From: Bugula neritina | Lineage: Eukaryota > Animalia > Bryozoa | Assembly (NCBI GenBank): GCA_964035545.1 | Contig: OZ037768.1 | Span: 15,483,875-15,547,874, forward strand | Reading direction: 5' to 3' | Length of the DNA stretch: 64,000 nt | In this document: positions 13,401-24,100 of the stretch, in pieces | Layout of the letters: each line of letters begins with the position of its first letter | Position numbering within the stretch: the stretch's first letter is position 1 | The notes under the pieces: model-generated | The model's input: only the letters and a program-made list of their open reading frames with translations | The model's database searches: none | Told to the model about the DNA's origin: nothing | Position numbers and translations under genes: made by a program

Positions 13401-14392
13401 TTTATGTTCGTAATGCTGGTGATGTTAAAACAATTTTAGCAGTGTACGTTGATGACATTGTTATTTTAAGTGACACTGAACAGTCAATGCTAGAAACCAA
13501 AGAATCACTGAGTGCAAGGTTTCAAATGAAAGACTTGGGACAACTTCATTTCTGCTTAGGTATAAATGCTGAGTTTAACAGTGCATATCTAAAACTGCAT
13601 CAGAAGCATTATATTGAACAGATACTCAAAAAGTATGGAATGTCAGAATGCAACATTACAGCTACCCCATTTGCAAGTGACGTGCAGCTGGTGAAGGATG
13701 ATGGTAGTAAACTGGTAGATCCAAATCTATACCAGTCTATCATAGGTAGTCTTCTGTACGTATCTATTGCCACTCGTCCAGATATCTCCTTCTCTGTGGG
13801 AGTACTGTCGAAGTTCAACGCAACTCCTACTGAAACTCATCTGACAGCTGCAAAGCGTGTGCTTCGGTATCTTAAAGGTACCATTGATTATGGGTTGATC
13901 TTCTCCAAATCTGGTGAGCAGCTAGTTGGATACTCAGATGCTAACTGGGCTGAAAATGATGAGAACCGACACTCCATCTCTGGCAACGTGTTTATGGCAA
14001 ACAAAGGTCCTATTAGCTGGCTCAGTAAACGCCAGTCAACTGTGGCCTTATCTTCAACAGAGGCAGAATATATAGCTGCTTTCGATGCTACCAGAGAAGC
14101 TACATGGCTTCGGCAGTTACTTTCTGATGTCACTGACAAGGCACTAAGCCCAATAAGACTCTGCATTGACAATCAATCCGCCATCAGTATAGCAAACAAT
14201 ACAAATGTAAGCAAAAGAAGCAAGCACTTTGATGTTAAATTCCATTACATTCGACAAGAGGTGCAAAATCGACATATTGTAACTGAATATTGCCCTACAG
14301 AAAATATGCTTGCTGACATCTTTACAAAACCCCTCACTCGAGATAAATTTCAGGCACTCCGCAACATGCTAGGCATTAAATGTGTAAACTAG
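10457..14392 (+). CDS. Copia Gag-Pol polyprotein (~1300 aa; start ATG at 10457 or 10481)
   Basis: Gag NYATWKFKLKHLL; zinc knuckle CYNCDSPQHLARHC; protease WLIDSGATRHM; integrase HHCC (WHKRLAH...CDSC) and core (IHSDVCGP, LRTDGGGEY, PQQNGVAER); RT (QMDVVTAFL, YGLKQSPRCW, YVDD); RNase H (YSDANW, TEAEY, IDNQSA, ADIFTK). No stops or frameshifts. Confidence 0.97.
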   Translation: MHNTEKKKMEDKLVVDKLTANNYATWKFKLKHLLIAKELFGYCDGSVEEPTTGETAKKAFKLNAQKALSQIVLSVSDEFIYLITECETAQQAWEKLQSHFERDTLANRINLKKQYFRAVMKSSVSVENHLKYMKDIVNKLTVIKAPVTEEDQVVTLLGSMPSEYQTVVTALEAQKPETLTLEFVQNALLNEEQKKKVQQALNSASINCSGKALENTDTALHADSHHRHRPNRNVQHLERRCYNCDSPQHLARHCPTGFKGKFNATNNSRNRGSWQQHGARFAGESNQGMSESETQAEECAFDVGEALYDINNHEWLIDSGATRHMTPLADTFVTYTKFNQPEKVSIADGRVVDAIGSGTLKISVRVSRHVQRKATLYDVLHVPDLRQNLFSVQSAASKGMIVQFGHSRCWVKNKQNQVQAMGTLVNKLYFLDLTTSDHKANLASCNTVWHKRLAHINHSTIRRMANEKLVTGADLSNVSVGLCDSCIKGKMARTSFKAKDAITSTRPLELIHSDVCGPMQNASIGGSKYFVSFIDDYSRFSYVYFVNEKSDVFNVFKDFHALVTNQTGQTMKTLRTDGGGEYISSSFEEYLRAHGIQHQLSVRYSPQQNGVAERYNRTICELARALVIDSNLPKSFWAEAVSTAVYVRNRAPTNAHRNEDTTPYQKWHNSKPDLSNMKVFGSLAYAHVPSELRQKLDEKAEVMVMVGYSLRSKGYRLYNPKDGKVVVRRDVVFDESKLGLPALANKQSENNSETFTTDLPSTKDKQIPLRRSERNISPVIRYGIDDYVNHVACLASDVVEPLSMSEAMSSPQSKQWCEAAEEEYEALMNSQTWTLSKLPPGRKAIGSKWVFKTKCKPDGTIDRYKAKLVAQGYSQKPGIDYDETFSPVVHRSSLRALLSYGISRGMRIHQMDVVTAFLNGRLTEEIYMKQPEGFVAAGNEDLVCKLERSLYGLKQSPRCWNIVLDEYLQSLGFTPSSADSCVYVRNAGDVKTILAVYVDDIVILSDTEQSMLETKESLSARFQMKDLGQLHFCLGINAEFNSAYLKLHQKHYIEQILKKYGMSECNITATPFASDVQLVKDDGSKLVDPNLYQSIIGSLLYVSIATRPDISFSVGVLSKFNATPTETHLTAAKRVLRYLKGTIDYGLIFSKSGEQLVGYSDANWAENDENRHSISGNVFMANKGPISWLSKRQSTVALSSTEAEYIAAFDATREATWLRQLLSDVTDKALSPIRLCIDNQSAISIANNTNVSKRSKHFDVKFHYIRQEVQNRHIVTEYCPTENMLADIFTKPLTRDKFQALRNMLGIKCVN

Positions 14393-14507
14393 TTAAACCT
14401 TGTATCATCTTAAATATGTTGTTACCTACTTTTCTTTATTTCTTCTGTATTTAGTTTAGTTTTTGTTTGGATTGTTTTTTATTTTTCATTTATGTCATAA
14501 CTAAACT

Positions 14508-14516
14508 ATGTGGGAG
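14508..14516 (+). promoter_or_regulatory. Short polypurine-tract-like sequence (ATGTGGGAG)
   Basis: Purine-rich stretch directly abutting the 3' LTR, after a T-rich 3' UTR. Confidence 0.6.
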
Positions 14517-14724
14517 TATTGAATATAGTGAAAACCAGTTTACTTGTATTACTACTTTGGAGTTATGTTCTTTATATAATATTATAGATTCCATATTACA
14601 TCATTTGTAACCTGTTTCCTTTTTACCCATAATCCCTCTCTTTTGTTCCTGTGTCTCCATTAAAATAAATTGCTGAACTATATTGCTAAACTGAATAATC
14701 TATTTACATCTAAGTAAATCAACA
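14517..14724 (+). repeat. 3' LTR of copia element (208 bp)
   Basis: Direct repeat of 10232-10439, followed by the TSD AAGTT. Confidence 0.97.
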
Positions 14725-17700
14725 AAGTTCTGATCCGGGCCCAATAGTGCCAAAGCTAAAACAAGTGTGCTCAACAGTGCAAAAACAGGCTAAAACATGC
14801 CTGAATGTGTTAAATTGAGCCAATTGTGCTAATAGTACCTATTAGTGCCCAGAAGTTCTAAAACGTGCCCAATAGTGCTAATAGTAGAACTAGTGTGCTC
14901 AACAGTGCCCAAATGTACTAAATTGAGCCAAATATGGTTATAGTACCAATAAGTGCCCAGAGGTTCTGAGACGTGCCCAATAGTGCTAATAGTAGAACTG
15001 CTGTGCTTAACAGTGCCCAAATGTGCTAAAACATGCCAAGATGTTCTAAATTGAGCTAAACATGCTTGCAGTACCTATTAGTGCATAGAAATTCTGAAAC
15101 GTGCCGTATAGTGCTAAAACTAGAACAAGTGTGCTCAACAGTGCCCAAATGTGCTAAAACATGCCCAAATGTGCTAAAACATGCCCGAATATACTAACTT
15201 GAGCCAAATGAGCTAATAGTACCAATAAATGCCCAGAAGGTCTGAAACGTGCCCAATAGCGCTAATAGTAGAACTACTGTGCTTAGCAGTGCCCAAATCT
15301 CCTAAAAGATGCCAAAACGTGCGAAATTGAGCCAAATAGGCTAATAGTACCAATAAGTGCCCAGAGGTTCTGACACGTGCCCAATAGTGCTAATAGTAGA
15401 ACTGCTGTGCTTAACAGTGCCCAAAAGTGCTAAAACATTCCCAAATGGGCTAAAACATGCCCAAATTTACTAAATTGAGCCAAACATGCTAATAGTACCT
15501 ATTTGTGCCCAGAAGTTCTGAACATGCCCAGTAGTGCTAAAACTAGAACAAGTGTGCTCAACAGTGCCCAATTGGGCTAAAACGTGCCCAAACGTACTAA
15601 ATTGAGCAAAATATGATAATAGTACCAATAAGTGCTCAGAGATTCTGAAATGTGCATAAGAGTGCTGATAGTAGAACTACTGTGCTTAACAGTGCCCAAA
15701 TCTGTTAAAACATTCCCAAATGGGCTAAAACATGCCCAAATTTACTAAATTGAGCCAAAAATGCTAATAGTACTTATTTGTGCCCCGAAGTTCCGAACGT
15801 GCCCAGTAGTGCTAAAACTAGAACAAGTGTGCTCAACAGTGCCCAATTGGGCTAAAACATGCCCAAATGTACTAAATTGAGCCAAATATGGTTATAGTAC
15901 CAATAAGTGCCCAGAGGTTCTGAGACGTGCCCAATAGTGCTAATAGTAGAACTGCTGTGCTTAACAGTGCCCAAATGTGCTAAAACATTCCCAAATGTAC
16001 TAAATTGAGCCAAATATGCTAATAGTACCAATAAGTGCCCAGAGGTTCTGAAACGTGCCCAATAGTGCTAAAACCAGAGCAAGTGTGCTCAACAGTGCCC
16101 AGATAAGCTAACACATGCCCAAATGTACTAAATTGAGTGAAATATGCTAATAGTACCAATAAGTGCCCAGAGGTTCTGAAATGTGCATAAGAGTGCTGAT
16201 AGTAGAACTAGTGTGCTTAACAGTGCCCAAATCTGCTACAACATTCTCAAATGGGCTAAAACATGCCCAAATGTACTAAATTGAGCCAAATATGTTAATA
16301 GTACCAATAAGTGCCCAGAGGTTCTGAAACGTGGCCAATAGTGCCAATAGTAGTTCTAGTGTGCTTAAAGATGCCCAAATGTCCTAAAATATGCCAAAAT
16401 GTGCTAAATTGAGCCAAACATGCTTACAGTACCTATTAGTGCCCAGAATGTCTGAAACTAGCCGTATAATGCTAAAACTAAAACAAGTGTTCTCAACAGT
16501 GCCCAAATGTGCTAAAACATGCCCAAATGTGCTAAAACATGCCCGAATACACTGACTTGAGCCGATTGAGCTAACAGTAGCAATAAATGCCCAGAGGTTC
16601 TGAAACGTGCCCAATAGCGCTATAGTAGAACAAGTGTGCTCAACAGTGCCCAAATGGGCTAAAACATGCCCAAATGTACTAAATTGAGCCAAATATGCTA
16701 ATAGTACCAATAAATGCCCAGAGGTTTTCAAACGTGCCCAATAGTGCTGATATAGAACTAGTGTGATTAACAGGGCCCAAATGTGCTCAAACGTGCCCAA
16801 ATGTGCTAAAATGGGCCGAGTATACTAATCGCACCAACAACCGCCAAGAGGTTCTGAAACGTGCCCAATAGTGCTAATAGTAGAACTGGTGTGCTTAACA
16901 GTGCCCAAATCTGTTAAAACATTCCCAAATGGGCTAAAACATGCCCAAATGTACTAAATTGAGCCAAACATGCTAATAGTACCAATTGGTGCCCAGAGGT
17001 TCTGAAACGTGTCCAATAGTGCTAATAGTAAAACTAGTGTGCCTAAAAGTCCCCAAATGTCCTAAAACATGCCAAAACGTGCGAAATTGAGCCAAACATG
17101 CTAATAGTACCAATTAGTGCCCAGAGGTTCTGACACGTGCCCAATAGTGCTAATAGTAGAACTGCTGTGCTTAACAGTGCCCAAATGTGCTAAAACATTC
17201 CCAAATGTGCTAAAACATGCCTAAATTTACTAAATTGAGCCAAATATGCTAATAGTACTTATTTGTGCCCAGAAGTTCTGAACGTGCCCAGTAGTGCTAA
17301 AACTAGAACAAGTGTGCTCAACAGTGCCCAATTGGGCTAAAACATGCCCAAATGTACTAAATTGAGCCAAACATGCTAATAGTACCAATAGGTGCCCAGA
17401 GGTTCTGAAACGTGTCCAATAGTGCTAATAGTAAAACTAGTGTGCCTAAAAGTCCCCAAATGTCCTAAAACATGCCAAAACGTGCGAAATTGAGCCAAAC
17501 ATGCTAATAGTACCAATTAGTGCCCAGAGGTTCTGACACGTGCCCAATAGTGCTAATAGTAGAACTGCTGTGCTTAACAGTGCCCAAATGTGCTAAAACA
17601 TTCCCAAATGTGCTAAAACATGCCTAAATTTACTAAATTGAGCCAAATATGCTAATAGTACTTATTTGTGCCCAGAAGTTCTGAACGTGCCCAGTAGTGC

Positions 17701-18957
17701 TAAAACTAGAACAAGTGTGCTCAACAGTGCCCAATTGGGCTAAAACATGCCCAAATGTACTAAATTGAGCCAAATATGGTTATAGTACCAATAAGTGCCC
17801 AGAGGTTCTGAGACGTGCCCAATAGTGCTAAAAGTAGAACTGCTGTGCTTAACAGTGCCCAAATGTGCTAAAACATGCCAAGATGTTCTAAATTGAGCTA
17901 AACATGCTTGCAGTACCTATTAGTGCATAGAAATTCTGAAACGTGCCGTATAGTGCTAAAACTAGAACAAGTGTGCCCAACAGTGCCCAAATGTGCTAAA
18001 ACATGCCCAAATGTGCTAAAACATGCCCGAAAATACTAACTTGAGCCAAATGAGCTAATAGTACCAATAAATGCCCAGAGGGTCTGAAACGTGCCCAATA
18101 GCGCTAATAGTAGAACTACTGTGCTTAGCAGTGCCCAAATCTCCTAAAAGATGCCAAAACGTGCGAAATTAAGCCAAATAAGCTAATAGTACCAATAAGT
18201 GCCCAGAAGTTCTGACACGTGCCCAATAGTGCTAATAGTAGAACTGCTGTGCTTAACGGTGCCCAAAAGTGCTAAAACATTCCCAAATGGCCTAAAACAT
18301 GCCCAAATTTACTAAATTGAGCCAAACCTGCTAATAGTACCTATTTGTGCCCAGAAGTTCTGAACATGCCCAGTAGTGCTAAAACTAGAACAAGTGTGCT
18401 CAACAGTGCCCAATTGGGCTAAAACGTGCCCAAACGTACTAAATTGAGCAAAATATGATAATAGTACCAATAAGTGCCCAGAGATTCTGAAATGTGCATA
18501 AGAGTGCTGATAGTAGAACTACTGTGCTTAACAGTGCCCAAATCTGTTAAAACATTCCCAAATGGGCTAAAACATGCCCAAATTTACTCAATTGAGCCAA
18601 ATATGCTAATAGTACTTATTTGTGCCCTGAAGTTCTGAACGTGCCCAGTAGTGCTAAAACTAGAACAAGTGTGCTCAACAGTGCCCAATTGGGGTAAAAC
18701 ATGCCCAAATGTACTAAATTGAGCCAAATATGATTATAGTACCAATAAGTGCCCAGAGGTTCTGAGACGTGCCCAATAGTGCTAATAGTAGAACTGCTGT
18801 GCTTAACAGTGCCCAAATGTGCTAAAACATTCCCAAATGTACTAAATTGAGCCAAATATGCTAATAGTACCAATAAGTGCCCAGAGGTTCTGAAACGTGC
18901 CCAATAGTGCTAAAACCAGAGCAAGTGTGCTCAACAGTGCCCAGATTAGCTAACACA
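14725..18957. repeat. Tandem satellite (short tail of subfamily A, then subfamily B from ~14920)
   Basis: Same monomer framework. B-type variants (ATATGGTTATAG, ATGCTTGCAGTAC, AATCGCACCAACAACCGCCAAG) appear from ~14930. Confidence 0.97.
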
Positions 18958-18979
18958 CACAGCATAGTTAAGGTCATCC
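18958..18979 (+). repeat. Left TIR CACAGC-ATAG-TTAAGGTCATCC
   Basis: 19/22 match to the reverse complement of 34833-34854. Confidence 0.92.
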
Positions 18980-20243
18980 CCAGCATAAATTCATCTCATA
19001 ATCTAGTCTCAGTTCCTTTATGCTATTGCTCTGTGGGCGGCATGCGTATTGCCTACTTGTCATACTTTAGCATGAGGTTGAACAATTACCAGCAAACCAT
19101 TGCGCTAGTTAGGGCTGCACCTGTTTCCATTACAACCATCACAACAATCTATTGAGCAAGTATGCAAGTGGCAAGCCTCAGCATTACCTTATTATTATTA
19201 CGGGAGGTCATTGGTTCATTGTATATGCAATATACTTTATGCACAATGGAAGATGATTTTCATACAGTTACTTTTTCAACCAGCAATCTACAACTATTTC
19301 ACATTATGAAAGCAAGCTATATAGATACATCAATGCTAATTCATTATTTATCCATACAGCTATTTTAATGAAGTTATTATCAACAGCTATTGAAATGACA
19401 ATGCAGCCATCATCTAAGTAACTTTTATTGCTGCTCTACTAATAGATATTTTAAAAGATAAGAATTTCTCAAAGCATAATGTATTCTGGACTGTACTAAA
19501 AATATATCTGTTTAATGCCATTGACAATCTCAGAGCCAAAATTACCTTCATCAACAAAATCTTTCTCTAGTTGCACCTACTACAAGCTAAAAGTGACTTC
19601 TCGGTGTTGAATATTACTATCAGTTACATAATTTACGAGTCCACCCAATTGCTTAGCATAGTAAAGAGACTGGCATAGGTCAGATAGTCATGTGTGTGCG
19701 AGATTTTGTTGGTAGCTGTAAAGGGCAGATATGCAGTATTTTGAGTGACTGCTTTGAGTTTAGATGGTTTGGGTAACGGATTTGATTGCTGCAAGTTTCC
19801 CACAAAGCTAGTACTATTGCGGTCTCATTGATACTAGTATAATAAGCAGTAATCAGCACTCATTGAAGGGAGTTGGAACTATATAAAAAGGTTAGAAAAG
19901 TAGCCTGTGCTTCAAATAGTTTATTTGCTTTCTGATGCATACAGTCTAAACTCTAAAAGGTTCTATCAAGCTTACATGGCTTCGAGCTGAATGTCCAAAA
20001 ATTGGCCATGAGCTATATCTTGTTGCTCAACACTGGAAAATTTATGAGTTTGCAGCCATGCAGTGAACAATCAGGCTCCTTTGTACTTAGTTTGTTATCA
20101 TAGCTAGGCTTTTATATACTAACCCAGAGTTAAAATTATCAAATATTTTATGTTTTTTAAACTTGCCATCTAATAGGAAATGCTAGTTAAGCTAGACATC
20201 CGAGTTTGGCTGATGCATCGATGCTATGGTTGCCAGAGTGAAA

Positions 20244-20295
20244 CAGCTGGGGGAATCCCCCCCTAGTGGGAATTCCCCCAGGTTGGGAACCACTG
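20244..20295. mobile_element. Tiny hAT (Charlie-like) MITE relic / GC-rich hairpin
   Basis: Ends in CCCCCAGGTTGGGAACCACTG, the reverse complement of the hAT-type terminus CAGTGGTTCCCAACCTGGGGG. Contains the palindrome CTGGGGGAAT...ATTCCCCCAG. No TSD found. Confidence 0.5.
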
Positions 20296-21472
20296 GTCCA
20301 GTTAGACTAACTGACATCATGCTTTCCTGAGTGAAACACCCAAGATGAAAAGTTTTAATCTTAGTTAGGCAAGAATTGAGATTTTGAAAAAAGCCTCCTT
20401 AAAATTATTACCATGTCGTTTAAGAACTTATACCATAGGTATAGAGAAAAGTATGTAAGTTTAATGCAGGTTTACTGATAATTATATGAACAGAGGCAGC
20501 GATCAACATTACATTTATGATGTCATTGCTAGTTATTCGCCAGAGTTGCTGCTATAGTTGGAAGAAGTAAAAACTCCAGCATGCTAACTTATACTGCTGT
20601 AAATGAAGAACTCAACAGATTCCATTGTGGCATGCATATTTCATTTTCTTGGGTCTACAGAAACCTTCAATGGTTCATTCACCCAATGGCCTTCATAGCT
20701 GTCAGAAAATGTGAACAGAATAACTAGGAGCTATATACTGCTGGTTATATACCACACATTATGTAACATAATTTAGGCAGTATTCATGGGGCTAAAACAT
20801 CTATAGGCTGTATTTATTGTAGGACTTATGACATTCAGGCAGTCTATTACTATATTAAATTATCTTGCCTGCTAAAACTTAGCACTGAATGGTAAAAGTA
20901 ATAGGCCGAAGCTTCTAAGTTATGATTTTTTTACTTTTAATAGGAGGCTCAACCAAATTTTTTAATTACCAACTATGTTGCACCAGCTATATCTAAAATC
21001 AGCTAGGCAAGGCAATTACAAATCCTGTTCACAGCTTCAAGCCATTTGCTAATCAGTAACCAACCATTTTAGCTACTTACTGCCATACTGGCCTCAAATT
21101 GTTGGTTACACATTTGGTGCATCTTTTCATTGCTTCTGCTTTATCAAAAAAATATGGAGCTTTCACCAAAGTGAAAAACCTATTGTTAAACAAAATACTT
21201 TCTGGCTGGATATGTATGTATTTGCTGTTAGATTTTGATTGTACTTAACTGAGTACTATGAACAAACAGTATCTACACCCGCAGCAATAGTTGGTTAAAT
21301 ATAGAAATGATTCATAATTTCAGTTATCCAGATTCTTAACACATGTAAGTTATGTGATTGGGTAGCTTCTATAAAGAAATTGGAGCCTAAATTTAAATAA
21401 GGAGCCAATTTTAGCAAAATCTGGTTATATAGAGCCTTGCCATTGCATTCATTCATTAGAGAACATTCAGTC

Positions 21473-24007
21473 ATGGCAAAAGGCAGCACTTACAATAATC
21501 AGTGTGGTTTTCTAACCAACATCTTTTTTGTACATTTCAAATCTGGGACTGACGTAGAAAGATTTCAGCAAGATTACAACATACTAAACAAATTATCAAT
21601 AAAGGATTACAATCGAAACAGAAAGCAAACGAGAAGTTACTTAATGAAAAATGCCAGTTATTTCAATAAGGATGGAGAGGCAAAAAAGAGGTTTATGTCC
21701 TACTTTACACTAGTCAACTTTAAAAAACTTTCACCTGCGGCTAGATCACGGCATAGTCTTATGGATTGCTTTGAGTGTTCTATCAAACACAAAGCTGAGT
21801 GGCAGCTCAAAATTGGGAATGTGGACATTGCAAAGCCTGCTACATCTGAAACCGCAGTCAGGACTCTGAAAGCTGTTCTTGAAAAGACTCCAGAACAAAT
21901 AACAGGAAAGCTGGTCAAAGAATTTGTAACGAATGTCATTAAACCAGCAGAAAAAATTATAAATGAAACAACACATTCTTGCAAACTATTGAAGCCTAAA
22001 AGCAACGTCAAGAGGAAATCTATTGCTGCCAAAGACGTTCCAAAAAAAGTTCGGAGACAAATTATTAAAGCTGCCAATGAAAGCATCTCAAACCAAATTA
22101 TTAACAATGACTTTTTGGCTCTATATTCTACTAAACAGTCTCATTCAGAGTGGGATTTACAGAGGAAGCGCCAATTTGGTGAATTTAGAACCAACAGAAA
22201 AAAACCTCATATAGGAAGTTTTAGGAACTACACATTTGATTTAGAAGTGGTTGAAGCTACATTATCAGTTGGCAACACAACAAATTGGACACAGCTTAGC
22301 AAATCTGCTAATTTGAAAAACAAGCATGGTGAAGTTCCAAAAAATGCAGGCCAGGTAAGAAAAAGAGGTAGCTAACGTTAATTATAATTGGATTTGTAAT
22401 AATGATTTATTGAGCTATATAATATTCTGTAAAAGAAATAAACATGATAATTTTGAACAAGTACGTTTGCTAATAGTCAAATATAATTTCTAAAATAAAC
22501 AGTTGTTCACATCAGGTTATGAAAGAATTGGTGAAAAGAAATATGAATCGAACGATAGAAAACCAACCAAGAAAGCGAATATCATGGATAAACTATAAAT
22601 CTTTAGCACTTAATGTTAAGAGAAAATCATCAGCTGCACAATTGAAGTTACAAAGGAAAAAAATGATAGACACAGGAGAGGTTGATGTAGGGGAGCTGAT
22701 AGTTCCGGTGGAATATCATGCACTCAAAGTGCACCCAGATGGCACATTGGTGAGTTTGACCTGAGCAGCTCAGTGCAAATACTATGACTGTATATAATTA
22801 CATACAACAATATTGTAATCCTGTTGTATTTTCAAGGTAAAGATTAGAAAGGAAGTATCCGGAAGAAAATTCTCACTTCAGAAGATTAGAGAACATCATT
22901 TACATCAAATGATGACTATGAAACTGTTGAGAAACATTAATCCGAGCAGTATGCCGCTGACTGAGGTTCTTGATTTCCTTGATCGAAATGGTACCTTGAA
23001 TCTCCTGTTGTTTTACTGATAGTCTTGTAATACCTACAGAAAAAAAATCAAATTTAGTGAGATGTATAGCAAAAATACAAAGCTGTATTACCAGTTTAAT
23101 CTTGATAGAAGTATTACCTTATAATGAGAGAAAATCATAGTAAAAATATATTATAGTTGACATTATATTCTCAACCTTAATTATCAAAGTTCATTAACTT
23201 TTTGATAAATGATGGAGTGCAATAATATGTGCCTTGTGCAGACAGCACAACCTCATTGATTAGTAACTCTAACAAATTGTATACTTGAGAAAATATTCAA
23301 GCATACACTGGTTCAGCTTGTGATGGTGTTATTATAAGTATAGCAGTGGGAAGCAATGAAGATCCTAGAGAGAGGCTACGCCAGGCTACTCAAACTCGCT
23401 ATATGGCACTGTGGCACGATCACTCTGATATTGCCGGTAAGTAGCATAAACTTACACACGTTCCTAAACTTTTACTTTATGCTGAATTCCAAACTAAAAC
23501 TTTTTATTTATCATAAATCAAATTACTATTATTGCAGGTAAAAGTCATTATCTGTTTATGGTGTGGTTCTTGTATGATCAGTGCACATATTACACGGATG
23601 AAGAATATGTGAAGCTCAACCAAACTGTAAGTTGTGTAATGTGCACAGTTAATGTCATTGTACAAGCTGTGCAAAAATACTATTTGTGTAACCCAAAACT
23701 TGTACAATTAATCCTTTTTTCACCAGTATTACATATACTTCCAATGCCTGTTTCTAACTCAGGAAAAGATAACTAGCATTCAATCAAGAGTTGAGGCACC
23801 ATATATCTACATACTGGCCAGATCTAGCTCATCAGTTAATGATCAGCTGCTTTACGTTCCAACTCGATTGGAAGACATGAAGATGTTAAAGCAACCAATT
23901 ACTTTGACAGATGGAAGAGACTTTTATGATGTGTTAAGGTTCTTTTCAGGGGACAACCCTGCAAGGCAGCTAGAAGCAGGACAACAGTGCGGAGGTATAT
24001 TCGGACA

Positions 24008-24100
<93 letters not shown>

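Larger units (their letters stand above)
10232..14724 (+). mobile_element. Full-length Ty1/copia LTR retrotransposon (4493 bp)
   Basis: Two 208-bp LTRs, 5-bp TSD AAGTT (10227-10231 and 14725-14729), PBS, and one uninterrupted gag-pol ORF in copia order (PR-IN-RT-RH). An uninterrupted paralogous target site gcccagAAGTTctgatccgggc is present at ~1686-1707. Confidence 0.98.

Noticed and set aside
10442-14172. Short antisense and alternate-frame ORFs within the copia element
   Set aside because: They are shadows of the long gag-pol frame with no independent evidence.
18877-19368. ORFs spanning or adjoining the left transposon junction
   Set aside because: The first begins in satellite at a GTG and crosses the TIR. 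Neither has recognisable motifs.
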